Assembly (NCBI GenBank): GCA_963555825.3
Contig: CAUVXB020000001.1
Coordinates: 224,001-288,000, forward strand
DNA length: 64,000 nt
From: Alphaproteobacteria bacterium
Lineage (GTDB): Bacteria > Pseudomonadota > Alphaproteobacteria > JAAXGF01
Direction of reading: 5' to 3'
The notes beneath the pieces were generated by a model, which searched no databases, was not told the DNA's origin, and worked only from the letters and a program-made list of their open reading frames with translations. This document shows, piece by piece, positions 31,468 to 41,257 of the stretch. The number at the start of each line of letters is the position of its first letter. Position 1 is the stretch's first letter. The translations under genes and the position numbers were made by a program.

Positions 31468-31680
31468 GCCACCGTCCAGCCCGTTGTATTATCGAGCACG
31501 GAATGCGGCCAGCCGGAAGTCTGATGCGGCGTCGCGTGCTGTGCCTTAGCGGCCACTGTTTTCAATGGACGTCGCATCGGGTCACGGTGCGGGCAGCATC
31601 GCATCACTTGACCGAAGTTCTGCCGCCAGCATCGCGCGCTATAATCTGCCGTTGATGTCGGCCTTTGGATTGGCGATGGC

Positions 31681-33264
31681 CTATGTCGTCGACATTCTTG
31701 CGCGACGGTCGATGTCGACGGGCTCGTGACCGCGCCATTGAGCCTGCCGTTGCTTCGGGGCGCCCCCGGCGAACCAGTCGTCGAGCGCCGATGCGGTCTC
31801 TTCGGGGCAGATGAGGCCGAGTTTGCTCCGGCGCCACAGGATGTCCTCGGCCGAGCGCGCCCATTCAGTGTCGGCGAGATAGCTGACCTCGCGCTCGAAG
31901 AGGCCGCCGCCAAAATCGCGGCCGAGGCCGTCGGCCCCGTCCGCGCCGTCGAGCAGTGTGGTCGTCCGCGTGCCATAGGCATTGACGTAACGCGCCGCGA
32001 GCCCGGCGGACAACCACGGGTACGCGGCCTCGACGTCGTGCAGGAACCGGGCGACATCGGCGTCGTCGATGTCGCCGCCGGGCAGCGGGCTGGACGCCGT
32101 CCATGGCCCGCCGACGCCCGGCGTATAGGGTGCGAGCTTCGCCAGCGCCTGTTCGGCGAGCCGGCGGTAGGTCGTGATCTTGCCGCCGAACACCGAGAGC
32201 AGCGGCGCGCCATCCTCGGGCGCCTCGATCTCGAGCCGGTAGTCGCGCGTCACCGCGGCCGGGTCGCCCGCGCCGTCGTCGAGCAACGGCCGCACCCCTG
32301 CGTACGACCAGACGACGTCGTCCGCGCCGATCGGCCGCTCGAAGTATCGATTGACCGCCGCGCAAAGATAATCGATCTCGTCACTGTCGATATGTATGCC
32401 GTTGGGGTCGCCGGCATAGGGCACGTCGGTCGTGCCGATCAGCGTGAAGTTTCCTTCGAAGGGCAGCGCAAAGGCCACCCGGCCGTCATCGTTCTGCAAG
32501 ATATAGGCGTGATCGCCATCGTACAGCCGGGCGACCACGATATGGCTGCCCTTGACCAGGCGGGCCCGTAGCGCCGTCTCGGACGCGATCGACGAGTCGA
32601 GAACCTTGTTGACCCACGGCCCCGCCGCGTTGACGAGGGTTCGCGCGCGCATGCTGCTTTCCTGACCCGTGATCGCGTCGCGCAGCACGACGATCCAGGC
32701 ACCGCCGTCGCGCCGCGCTTGCGCGCAGCATGTGCGTGTCAGGATCATCGCGCCATGTTCGGCGGCGCCCAGCGCGTTGAGCACCACGAGGCGGCTGTCG
32801 TCGACCCGGCAGTCGGTGTAGACGAAGCCCTTGCGCCGCTCATCCCGAAGCGGTTCGCCGGCCGGGTCGACCGTGAGATCGAGCCCGTGCGAGCCAGCAA
32901 GGCGCCGCCGGCCGCCCAGACGGTCGTACAGGAACAGGCCTGCTCGAATCATCCACGCCGGGCGCAGCGACGCATCGTGCGGCAGGACGAACCGCAATGG
33001 GTGGACCAGATGCGGCGCGTTCTCGAGCAACACTTCGCGCTCGGCGAGTGCCTCGCGGACCAGCCGGAACTCGTAATGCTCGAGATAGCGCAGGCCGCCG
33101 TGGATCATCTTGCTGCTTGCCGATGAGGTGCCGCCGGCGAGGTCGCCCTGCTCGCACAGCACGACCGAAAGGCCGCGGCCGGCGGCGTCACGCGCGATGC
33201 CGGCGCCGTTGATGCCGCCGCCGATGACGAGCAGGTCGACGGTGTCGGGTGTCGCGTTATTCAT
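31681..33264 (-). CDS. glpD: FAD-dependent glycerol-3-phosphate dehydrogenase
   Basis: [34 protein letters not shown] and LWRRSKLG motifs. Confidence 0.95.
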   Translation of the reverse strand: MNNATPDTVDLLVIGGGINGAGIARDAAGRGLSVVLCEQGDLAGGTSSASSKMIHGGLRYLEHYEFRLVREALAEREVLLENAPHLVHPLRFVLPHDASLRPAWMIRAGLFLYDRLGGRRRLAGSHGLDLTVDPAGEPLRDERRKGFVYTDCRVDDSRLVVLNALGAAEHGAMILTRTCCAQARRDGGAWIVVLRDAITGQESSMRARTLVNAAGPWVNKVLDSSIASETALRARLVKGSHIVVARLYDGDHAYILQNDDGRVAFALPFEGNFTLIGTTDVPYAGDPNGIHIDSDEIDYLCAAVNRYFERPIGADDVVWSYAGVRPLLDDGAGDPAAVTRDYRLEIEAPEDGAPLLSVFGGKITTYRRLAEQALAKLAPYTPGVGGPWTASSPLPGGDIDDADVARFLHDVEAAYPWLSAGLAARYVNAYGTRTTTLLDGADGADGLGRDFGGGLFEREVSYLADTEWARSAEDILWRRSKLGLICPEETASALDDWFAGGAPKQRQAQWRGHEPVDIDRRARMSTT

Positions 33265-34033
33265 CGATGCCGTCCGCCGTCGCCGCGACGTGGCAGGCGA
33301 CGCCTTGCGTCCTCATCAGCTCGTCGATCGCCCGCGGCACCGGCTGGTCGGTGAACAGTGCGTCGAGCTGGGCGAGGCTGCCGAGCTGGACCATGGCGTT
33401 ACGGCCGAACTTGCTGTGGTCGGTGGCCAGGAAGACGCGCCGCGAATGGGCGATGATCGCCTGCGCGACGCGCACCTCGCGGTAGTCGAAGTCGAGCAGC
33501 GTGCCGTCCGCGTCGATGCCCGAGATTCCGATGACGCCGATGTCGACGCGGAACTGGCTGACGAAGTCGATGGTCGCCTCGCCGATGATGCCGCCGTCCC
33601 GGCTGCGCACGGCGCCGCCCGCGACGATCACCTCGAAGTCGGGATTGGCGCCCAGGATCGACGCGACGTGGAGGTTGTTGGTGATGACCCGGAGGCCCTT
33701 GTGGCGGATAAGCGCCCGGGCGACCGCTTCGTTGGTCGTGCCGATGTTGATGAACAGCGAGGCGTTGTCGGGCACGTGACGGGCGAGCAGGCGGGCGATG
33801 CGCCGCTTGGCCTCGGGCCGCATGACCTTGCGTGTCGTGTAGTCGATGTTCTCGACGCTCGACGGCAGGCCGGCGCCGCCGTGAAAACGCGCCAGCAGGT
33901 TGCGCTCGCACAGCGCCTTGATGTCGCGCCGGATGGTCTGCGGCGAGACGTCGAAGCGCCGCGCCAGCGCGTCGATCGACGCGAAACCACGGCGCCGGAC
34001 GAGTTCGTGAATCTGTTCCTGGCGATCTTGCAT
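33257..34033 (-). CDS. glpR: DeoR/GlpR transcriptional repressor
   Basis: [24 protein letters not shown]; adjacent to glpD. Confidence 0.9.
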   Translation of the reverse strand: MQDRQEQIHELVRRRGFASIDALARRFDVSPQTIRRDIKALCERNLLARFHGGAGLPSSVENIDYTTRKVMRPEAKRRIARLLARHVPDNASLFINIGTTNEAVARALIRHKGLRVITNNLHVASILGANPDFEVIVAGGAVRSRDGGIIGEATIDFVSQFRVDIGVIGISGIDADGTLLDFDYREVRVAQAIIAHSRRVFLATDHSKFGRNAMVQLGSLAQLDALFTDQPVPRAIDELMRTQGVACHVAATADGIDE

Positions 34034-34228
34034 GCCGGCACGACTTGCAAATTACGACATAATCTATGGATTATATGGTCGAATATGATCATCATACCAG
34101 TCAATGCTGATCGTAAACGAATACATTTTCCATGTTCGTCGTGCATGGACATGGCATGGTGATTGCGCGATTATCGGACGAGCGTCTGCCCCGCGAAGAT
34201 GGCGCAGCATGACGTACGAGGCGGCGTG

Positions 34229-35284
34229 ATGATATTTCGGCAGTTTTTCGAACCGGTGTCGTCCAGCTATACGTACCTGCTCGCCGCGCGAAAGGGCGGC
34301 GAGGCGCTGCTCGTCGATCCGGTGCTCGAGCGCGTCGACCGCTACATCCGACTTCTCGACGAACTCGATCTCAAACTGGTCAAGGTGTTCGACACCCACG
34401 TTCACGCCGACCACATCACCGGCATGGGCGCGTTGCGCGACCGCACCAAATGCATCACGATCATGGGCGAGCAGAGCCCGGTCGACGTCGTCTCGGTGCG
34501 TGTCGGGGACGGCGATACGATCGAAATCGAAGGGCTCTCGCTCGAAGCCATGTACACACCGGGCCACACCATGGACTCCTACTGCCTGCGCATGGCCGAT
34601 CGGGTGTTCACCGGCGACACGCTTTTCATTCGCGGCACCGGGCGCACCGACTTCCAGGGCGGCAGCTCGCGCGACGCCTATGATTCGCTGTTCAACAAGC
34701 TCTTGACGCTGCCCGACGAGACGCTGGTCTACCCGGGGCACGACTACAAGGGCGACACGGTCAGCACTATCGGCGAGGAGCGGGCGCACAATCCGCGCCT
34801 TCAAGTCGGCTCGGCCGACGAATACGCCGCGATCATGGACAACTTGAACCTGCCGGACCCGAAGATGATGGACGTCGCAGTGCCGGCGAACGTCGCCATC
34901 GGCCGTGGCCAGGGCGTCGCGCGACACGCCGCCTGGGCCCTGACCGCCGATCAGGTCATGGACCAGTGCAACGGCGCCGATGTCGCTCTGGTCGATCTCC
35001 GTGACGCGTCCGAGCGTGTGGCTCACGGCGTCATCCCGGGCTCCGTCCACGCGCCCTATCCCGGGCTCGAACCGCTCATCAAGCCGGGCGGCATGCTGCG
35101 CGAGATGGTCGGAACGACGGGCCGCCGGCTGATCTATTACTGCGCCTTCGGCGAGCGCTCGGCGATGGCGGTCGAGAGTTCCCAGGAATGCGGTCTCGAC
35201 AACGTCTGCCACCTGATCGGCGGCATCGATGCCTGGCGCAAAGCGGGCGGGCCGATCGAGCAGCCCGGCGACGGCGCCGTCTGA
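34229..35284 (+). CDS. Persulfide dioxygenase (ETHE1-like MBL fold)-rhodanese fusion
   Basis: THVHADHITG, TPGHT, GTGRTDFQ and YPGHDYKG; C-terminal YCAFGERS rhodanese loop. Confidence 0.9.
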   Translation: MIFRQFFEPVSSSYTYLLAARKGGEALLVDPVLERVDRYIRLLDELDLKLVKVFDTHVHADHITGMGALRDRTKCITIMGEQSPVDVVSVRVGDGDTIEIEGLSLEAMYTPGHTMDSYCLRMADRVFTGDTLFIRGTGRTDFQGGSSRDAYDSLFNKLLTLPDETLVYPGHDYKGDTVSTIGEERAHNPRLQVGSADEYAAIMDNLNLPDPKMMDVAVPANVAIGRGQGVARHAAWALTADQVMDQCNGADVALVDLRDASERVAHGVIPGSVHAPYPGLEPLIKPGGMLREMVGTTGRRLIYYCAFGERSAMAVESSQECGLDNVCHLIGGIDAWRKAGGPIEQPGDGAV

Positions 35285-35309
35285 TCCTCGGTATGGTCGG
35301 CCTTCGCGG

Positions 35310-36689
35310 TTAGCTCACCACGATGAAGACCTGCGAATTGCCGCGCTGGATCTTGAGAACCAACCGTTTGCCGCCCGAGCCGAGGGCCTTCTTGAAGGAT
35401 TCGATGTCGCGGACGGCGTTGTGGTTGACTTCGACGATAACGTCGTTCTTACGCAGCCCAGTACGCCACGCAGGGCTGTTGGGCGCGACCTTGACGACCG
35501 CGACACCTTCGATCTTGCCGTAGAGTTTCGAAGTTTCCTGGATGGGTCCAAGCGTGGCGCCGGCGAGACGTTTGGCCACGCCTTCGCCCGAGACCCGCAA
35601 CTCCGGCGGCACCGCCGGTTCGAGTGATATTTTGCGCAGCAAGCCGTCGCGAAGTACGGTCAACTCGATCGTCTCGCCGGCCCGCATCAGGCCGACCACA
35701 TTACGCAGATGCGAGACATCGCGCACCGGATCGCCGTTGACGCTGACGACGATGTCGCCGGCCTCGAGGCCCGCCTTGCCGGCCGGCCCGTCGGGCGCGA
35801 CGCGGGTGATGATGGCGCCGGCGGTTTGCGCGACACCGAGCGCCTCGGCGAGGGCGGGGGTCATGTCCTGCCCCTGCACGCCGAGCCCACCGCGGCGCAC
35901 CTCGCCGTAGGTGACCAACTGGTCCATTATCTGCAGCGCCATGTTGGTTGGGATCGCGAAGCCGATGCCGACGTTGCCGCCGCTCGGCCCGATAATCGCC
36001 GTGTTGATGCCGATCAACTGGCCGTCGAGGGTGACCAGGGCGCCGCCCGAGTTGCCCGGATTGATCGATGCGTCGGTCTGGATGAAGTCCTCGATGCCCT
36101 CGATACCAAGCCCGCTGCGCCTCAGCGCGCTGACGATTCCCGAGGTGACTGTCTGGCCGATGCCGAAGGGATTGCCGATCGCCACCACGAAATCACCGAC
36201 CTCGAGGGCGTCCGAATCGCCCAAAGTCAGTGCGGTCAAGTTTTCGGCGGGAATTCTGAGCACCGCGATGTCGGTCGCCGGATCGGTGCCGACCAGTTCG
36301 GCAGTCAACTGGCGCCGGTCGCGCAGGGTGACGACGATCTGGTCCGCGTTGGCGATGACATGGTTGTTGGTCAGGACGTAGCCTTCCAGGGCATCGACGA
36401 TGACGCCCGAGCCGACGCTCTGTACCTTCTTTTCGCGCTGCAAGGGCGGCAGGTTGAAGAAACGGCGGAAGAAGGGGTCGGCCATCAGCGGGTTCTGCTT
36501 GACGCGCACCCGGCCGCGTGTCGCGATATTGACGACCGCCGGCGTGACCTGCTTGATCATCGGCGCGAGCGAGGGTAGCGGCTGTCCGTCGACGGCGATT
36601 GGCAGGCCGCCTTCCGCGCCGAACGGGGTGACGAAGCCGGCCACGGCGATAATACCCAGGACGATGACCGTCCTCAACGCCTGCAACAT
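35310..36689 (-). CDS. degQ: Do/DegQ-family serine endoprotease with two PDZ domains
   Basis: SLAPM, GSGVI, TNNHVI and QTDASINPGNSGGAL; N-terminal signal; SD AAAGGAG. Confidence 0.85.
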   Translation of the reverse strand: MLQALRTVIVLGIIAVAGFVTPFGAEGGLPIAVDGQPLPSLAPMIKQVTPAVVNIATRGRVRVKQNPLMADPFFRRFFNLPPLQREKKVQSVGSGVIVDALEGYVLTNNHVIANADQIVVTLRDRRQLTAELVGTDPATDIAVLRIPAENLTALTLGDSDALEVGDFVVAIGNPFGIGQTVTSGIVSALRRSGLGIEGIEDFIQTDASINPGNSGGALVTLDGQLIGINTAIIGPSGGNVGIGFAIPTNMALQIMDQLVTYGEVRRGGLGVQGQDMTPALAEALGVAQTAGAIITRVAPDGPAGKAGLEAGDIVVSVNGDPVRDVSHLRNVVGLMRAGETIELTVLRDGLLRKISLEPAVPPELRVSGEGVAKRLAGATLGPIQETSKLYGKIEGVAVVKVAPNSPAWRTGLRKNDVIVEVNHNAVRDIESFKKALGSGGKRLVLKIQRGNSQVFIVVS

Positions 36690-36858
36690 ACCGGATGCTC
36701 CTTTACGCGCTTGGCCCCGATAGTGACGGGTTCGTGTCAGGGCCGATGATTGGGTCTGCTGTCTCCGCCCTTGCCGTGCCGGCATCTATAGATGAGTCGG
36801 ACCCGATTTCCTTGGACACAGAATTGGCTTAATCGAAGTGTCCAAGGAGGACCGGAAC

Positions 36859-37269
36859 ATGACCGACAATTTTGAGAACAAAGTTGCTGTTGATGGGCCT
36901 GTGGTAAACGAGGGCGAGCTTGGCTCGTCCACGTTTTCCCCGGGCCAGGTTTCGCCGGCAGGCCCGCTGGGACTTGGCCAGCGGTGGACGGTGACGCGCA
37001 AGCGTGAGGTTGCCCTGCGGCTTTTGCGTGGCGAGCCGGTGGAACTTTTGTCGCGGCAGTTGGGCGTGGAGATTTTCCGGCTCGAGCAGTGGCGTGAGAA
37101 GGCGATCGCCGGGATCGATGCCTCGCTCAAGGAACGCAAGGGCGATCCGGTGAAGGCGGAACTGGACATCGCCATGAAGCGGATCGGGGAGTTGATCATG
37201 CAGGTGGAACTGCTGGAGGCCAAGACGGAGACGTCCGGCCCTTTGGGGCGGCGGAGGTCGCGGCGATGA
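36859..37269 (+). CDS. IS OrfA (HTH)
   Basis: RWTVTRKREVALRLLRGE...LSRQLGV...LEQWR; SD AAGGAGG. Confidence 0.8.
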   Translation: MTDNFENKVAVDGPVVNEGELGSSTFSPGQVSPAGPLGLGQRWTVTRKREVALRLLRGEPVELLSRQLGVEIFRLEQWREKAIAGIDASLKERKGDPVKAELDIAMKRIGELIMQVELLEAKTETSGPLGRRRSRR

Positions 37270-38177
37270 GTGCCGCCACCTCTCCCGGCACGGGTTTGGC
37301 CTACGGCCTCCAGCGGGTCTGTGCGGCCTGGGGTTTTGCCCGTTCCTCGTTCTACGCCATGAAATCCCGGCAGCAGGCCACCGCTGAGCGCCCACCAGCA
37401 AAGCGCCGGGGACCGAAGCCCTCGATCTCGGACGAGGCTCTGCTGGTGGCCATCGAGGCCGACCTGGAGGCATCCCCCTGGGAGGGCGAGGGACACCGCA
37501 AGGTCTGGGCTCGGCTTCGGGTCTGTCGTGGCATCCGTGTTTCCCGCAAGCGGGGGCTCCGGGTGATGCGCGAGAACAACCTGCTCTCGCCCCATCGCTG
37601 CCGCCGCCGTGGCGGAAATCCCCATGTCGGTGAGATCATCACCCATGCCCCCAACCTCATGTGGGGCACGGACGGCGTTCGGGTGTTCACGGTGGACGAC
37701 GGCTGGGGCTGGATATTCACCGCCATCGAGCATTGGAACGCCGAGTGCGTCGGCTGGCATGTGTGCAAGCGAGGCGACCGCTTCGCCGCCCTTCAGCCGA
37801 TCTCCATGGGGCTTGCGAGGCTGTATGCCTCGACCTCCGCCGGTGCGGCGCGGGGGCTGGCCTTGCGGATGGATCACGGCTCCCAGTATCTGTCGGACCA
37901 CTTCACCAACCAGATCAAGTTCTGGGGCATCCAGCCGTCCTACGCCTTCGTCGAACAGCCCCAGACCAACGGCGTCGCCGAGAGGTTCAATCGCACGCTC
38001 AAGGAACAGATCATCCATGGCCGCATCTACCGCAACATCGCGGAGCTGCGGAACGCCGTCCGCGGGTTCGTCGAACAGTACAATGCCCAGTGGATCGTGG
38101 AGAAGAACGGCTACCTGAGCCCCGCTCAAGCTCGTCAGGCGTGGCACACCGCGATGTCACTCAGGCCCGCCGCATGA
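37266..38177 (+). CDS. IS OrfB, rve DDE transposase
   Basis: WGTD, RMDHGSQY and PQTNGVAERFNRTLKE motifs. Confidence 0.9.
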   Translation: MSAATSPGTGLAYGLQRVCAAWGFARSSFYAMKSRQQATAERPPAKRRGPKPSISDEALLVAIEADLEASPWEGEGHRKVWARLRVCRGIRVSRKRGLRVMRENNLLSPHRCRRRGGNPHVGEIITHAPNLMWGTDGVRVFTVDDGWGWIFTAIEHWNAECVGWHVCKRGDRFAALQPISMGLARLYASTSAGAARGLALRMDHGSQYLSDHFTNQIKFWGIQPSYAFVEQPQTNGVAERFNRTLKEQIIHGRIYRNIAELRNAVRGFVEQYNAQWIVEKNGYLSPAQARQAWHTAMSLRPAA

Positions 38178-38219
38178 GACAAACTTGTGTCCAAGGAACC
38201 GGGTGCGATACACCGGCAT

Positions 38220-38672
38220 CTATAGATAGACCCGGTGCAACGCATCGGCCAGCCTGGGCGTGGTGTCGAGCTGGTCGATTTCCGCTGGCCATGCCCAACG
38301 GCGCGCGACACGCGTGTGGTCGAGCGTCAAACGCCCGGCGTCGTGGAGGTCGAACAATATCGGGCTGAGGCGGCGATAATTCTCTCGACCAGGCCGGCCG
38401 ACGTATAGGAAATCGCCCTGGATTGGCGGCCCGACGTCGTCCCGCGTCAATCCGAATGCCTCATTGATCATGGCATAGGCCTGTGCCGTGGACGCGCCAT
38501 CGCGCTCGCGGCGAAGTCCGTCCCACGGCGCGGTGTCCGCGTCCGCCGGCCGGAGCAAAAGGACTCGCCGATCATGCCTTATGAAGACCATCACGCTGTC
38601 GTTCTCCGCCAAGTTCCGCCTCCGGTTGACGCGCCCGTCCGCGGAGGGGCGGCGCGACGTCAACCCAATCAC
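38220..38672 (-). CDS. Hypothetical protein, degenerate NUDIX-like fold
   Basis: VFIRHDRRVLLLR...QAYAMINEAFGL...RWAWPAEI..LDTTPRL resembles NUDIX proteins but lacks the REUxEE glutamates; start uncertain. Confidence 0.5.
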   Translation of the reverse strand: MIGLTSRRPSADGRVNRRRNLAENDSVMVFIRHDRRVLLLRPADADTAPWDGLRRERDGASTAQAYAMINEAFGLTRDDVGPPIQGDFLYVGRPGRENYRRLSPILFDLHDAGRLTLDHTRVARRWAWPAEIDQLDTTPRLADALHRVYL

Positions 38673-38681
38673 TTCGGCGCG

Positions 38682-39107
38682 CTAGGTGCGCGGCCGTCGC
38701 TCCACGCCGCTCCGGCGCTGTTCGTCGCCGCGCCGCTCGCCCGCCGTTGGTTCATCGATTTGTCGGCGATCGATGCCTTCGCGACGATCGAGCACCAGCC
38801 CGCGACGCCGGCCGTTGCACTTGGGGAACCGATGATACTTGCGGGCATGGCGCTGCAGGAGCTCGCGGTAGCGCAGCGCGACATTCGTCGTCGCTTCACG
38901 CGTGTAGTGATCGAAGCGCTGCGTACACCGCCCTACACGCCCTTCCTTGTGATCCAAGACGACACTCCTGAGTGTATGCCCGCTGCCATCGGCGCGGCCG
39001 ATGAAGATCATCTGACCTTCCTCGTAGAGCGTGAAGACTCCCGATTGTTCGGGCAGGCTCTCGAGGTTCGCATGCGTGGCGCTGAACAGTTTTTCGCCAA
39101 GTGCCAT
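38682..39107 (-). CDS. Hypothetical protein with GIY-YIG-like N-terminus and ERR/DRR-rich tail
   Basis: LPEQSGVFTL...IFIGRA...LR..H...PKCN; SD GGGAG before ATG at 39107. Confidence 0.55.
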   Translation of the reverse strand: MALGEKLFSATHANLESLPEQSGVFTLYEEGQMIFIGRADGSGHTLRSVVLDHKEGRVGRCTQRFDHYTREATTNVALRYRELLQRHARKYHRFPKCNGRRRGLVLDRREGIDRRQIDEPTAGERRGDEQRRSGVERRPRT

Positions 39108-39249
39108 GAATCGCGCTCCCACATTTCCCACATTGTTACCCGCCGAACACCTAGCATAGGTGCGCGGTCAATTTAAAGCCCGACTTCGGCTCCGGCACAT
39201 GGCGCTCGTGGCGTCGCAGGGCAAGGCCGGGAAACGCCGCCGATTCGGT

Positions 39250-39277
39250 TTGACAAGCTAGGCCGCGCCCGTATATT
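39250..39277 (+). promoter_or_regulatory. Putative sigma70 promoter of rpsD
   Basis: TTGACA-16 nt-TATATT about 50 nt upstream of the ATG. Confidence 0.6.
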
Positions 39278-39327
39278 ACGCGCTTCCGCGCGAGCACCGT
39301 ATTACCACTGTTTGGGACCGGTCCCGA

Positions 39328-39948
39328 ATGACCAAGCGTCTGTCGTCGAAGTACAAGATCTGCCGCCGCCTCAAGGTCAATCTTTGGGGGCGGCCGAAGA
39401 GCCCGACCAACCGCCGCGACTACGGTCCTGGCGAGCACGGCCAGCGGCGTGGCCGCAAGCCGTCGGATTTCGGTATCCAGCTGGCCGCCAAGCAGAAGCT
39501 GCGCGGCTACTACGGTAATATCACGGAACGTCAGTTCCGCCGCGTTTACGGTGAAGCGGTGCAGCGCCGCGGCGACACTGGCGAGAACCTGGTCGGTCTC
39601 CTGGAGCGCCGGCTCGACGCCGTGATCTACCGCATGAAGTTCGTCGCCACGGTGTTCGCGGCGCGCCAGTTCGTCAATCACGGCCATATTCTGGTCAATG
39701 GCAAGCGCGTCAATATTCCGAGCTACCGGGTCAGCGAGGGCGATGTCATCGAGATTCGCCCGCGGTCGCGCGAGCTTTCGTTCGTGCTCGAGGCAATCGA
39801 ACTGCCCGAGCGCGACGTGCCGGATTATATCGAGGTCGATTACGGCAAGATGCGCGGCACCTTCCTGCGCACGCCAGAGATCGCCGACGTGCCGTACCCG
39901 GTGCAGATGGAACCCAACCTGGTCATCGAGTACTACTCGTCACACTAA
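39328..39948 (+). CDS. rpsD: 30S ribosomal protein S4
   Basis: [28 protein letters not shown] and [11 protein letters not shown] motifs. Confidence 0.98.
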   Translation: MTKRLSSKYKICRRLKVNLWGRPKSPTNRRDYGPGEHGQRRGRKPSDFGIQLAAKQKLRGYYGNITERQFRRVYGEAVQRRGDTGENLVGLLERRLDAVIYRMKFVATVFAARQFVNHGHILVNGKRVNIPSYRVSEGDVIEIRPRSRELSFVLEAIELPERDVPDYIEVDYGKMRGTFLRTPEIADVPYPVQMEPNLVIEYYSSH

Positions 39949-40049
39949 ATTCGGCTCGTCACACTAAATTCGGCTCGTCACACTAAATTCGGCTCGTCAC
40001 ACTGAATTCGGCTCGTCACACTGAATTCGGCTCGTCACACTAGGATCGG
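39936..40049 (+). repeat. Tandem repeat, 6 x 19 bp, overlapping the rpsD stop codon
   Basis: CTCGTCACAC-TAA-ATTCGG x3, CTCGTCACAC-TGA-ATTCGG x2, CTCGTCACAC-TAG-GATCGG x1. Confidence 0.95.
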
Positions 40050-40125
40050 CCGCTTCCGCCCGCCGGCGCATCAGGTTCAAGCATAAAGAAACTCCCGAAC
40101 CCGCTGGCAGCGGGCACTGTCGTCG

Positions 40126-40983
40126 TCAATCACCGCAGGATTTCAGTTCCCGGTTCGACGGCCTGAACGGTATGCGCTCGGCGGTCGAGATGATGTCGTC
40201 CGACGAAAGGCTGTCGACCGGAAAGTTGACCGCCTCGATGCATACCCGCGGGTGCAGAACGCCGTCCTCGACAATTACCGAAATGCCGTCGACCTGCGCC
40301 GATATCCGTTCGGCGAGCGGCGCGCATTCAGCCCATTGGGTGTCGTGGAGAATCAGGCAGAAGTCGTCGTCGGACAGGCGTGCCATGAGATCCGCGTCGC
40401 GCATAGTACGGCCCAAAATATTGGTAATTTCGCCAATCATTCGCTGCCGAGACTCGTAGCCTTGTGAGGCAGGAGTCCGCCCATTCTCTTCGACGTGTAT
40501 GAACAAAAGAGCGCCGGGCCGGTCGGCGCGTCGCGACCCGGCAAGCACTATGCGGAAGAAGTATCTGAAGCACGCTTCGTTGATCGATCCTGTCGCTTCG
40601 TCGAACCTGGGCCCTTCGAGCAGCTCGTCCTCGCGATTGAGCAGCCGTTTTGCGCTGCGCAGCCGGAGCTGGAGCTCGTATGCGTTGAACGGACGGGTGA
40701 GGTATTCGTCGGCGCCCGCCTCCAGCCCGGTCATCAGATGTTCCCTGTCGAATTTCGATGATGCCGCCTCGCCGTCGTTGTTCTCGTAGATGATCAGGTA
40801 GGTATAACGGTTGCGCTTGAGGTCGCGAATTCTGCGGCACAGTTCGGGACCCGATATGCCCGCGATGTTCCAGTCGGATATGACGACGCGAAATGGCTCG
40901 TCGCACACGCGCGCGAACGCCTCGGTGCCGGTCGACGCCGAAACCGTTCGGTGACCCCAGTTCGTAAGCTTTTTGGTCACCAC
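40126..40983 (-). CDS. REC plus degenerate GGDEF protein (possibly 5'-truncated)
   Basis: VISDWNIAGISG, GADEYLTRPF and ARLSDDDF in place of GGDEF; the first REC strand is absent and an in-frame stop lies 12 codons upstream. Confidence 0.75.
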   Translation of the reverse strand: MVTKKLTNWGHRTVSASTGTEAFARVCDEPFRVVISDWNIAGISGPELCRRIRDLKRNRYTYLIIYENNDGEAASSKFDREHLMTGLEAGADEYLTRPFNAYELQLRLRSAKRLLNREDELLEGPRFDEATGSINEACFRYFFRIVLAGSRRADRPGALLFIHVEENGRTPASQGYESRQRMIGEITNILGRTMRDADLMARLSDDDFCLILHDTQWAECAPLAERISAQVDGISVIVEDGVLHPRVCIEAVNFPVDSLSSDDIISTAERIPFRPSNRELKSCGD

Positions 40984-41038
40984 CGCGATCGTGCTGGCCG
41001 ACCGCTTCGACCGGCGCTAGCGCCGTGCCCGGGAAGGC

Positions 41039-41191
41039 CTAAATCAGCCCCATCGCGGCGAGCGAGACGTGGCCCTTGCGGGCGACGATGAGGTGATCGT
41101 GCAGGCGCACGCCGAGCGCCTTGCCGGCGTCGCGGATTTCCTTGGTCATGTCGATGTCGGCTTGCGACGGCGCCGGATCGCCGCTCGGGTG
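41039..41191 (-). pseudogene. radC: radC 3' fragment
   Basis: [16 protein letters not shown]...[11 protein letters not shown]...SLAAMGLI*. Confidence 0.92.
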
Positions 41192-41257
41192 TACGCAAAC
41201 CACCGTGTCGCGGCCCTTCACAAAATTCTAGCCTTGTCGGAGCTATAACCGAATCTT

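Larger units (their letters stand above)
36793..38212 (+). mobile_element. Two-ORF IS3/IS481-like element, copy 1
   Basis: TG...CA ends with inner IR TTCCTTGGACACA / TGTGTCCAAGGAA; flanked by a 14-bp direct repeat CCGGCATCTATAGA. Confidence 0.9.

Noticed and set aside
39936-40049. CRISPR array
   Set aside because: Units are contiguous with no unique spacers, and no cas genes are present in the window.
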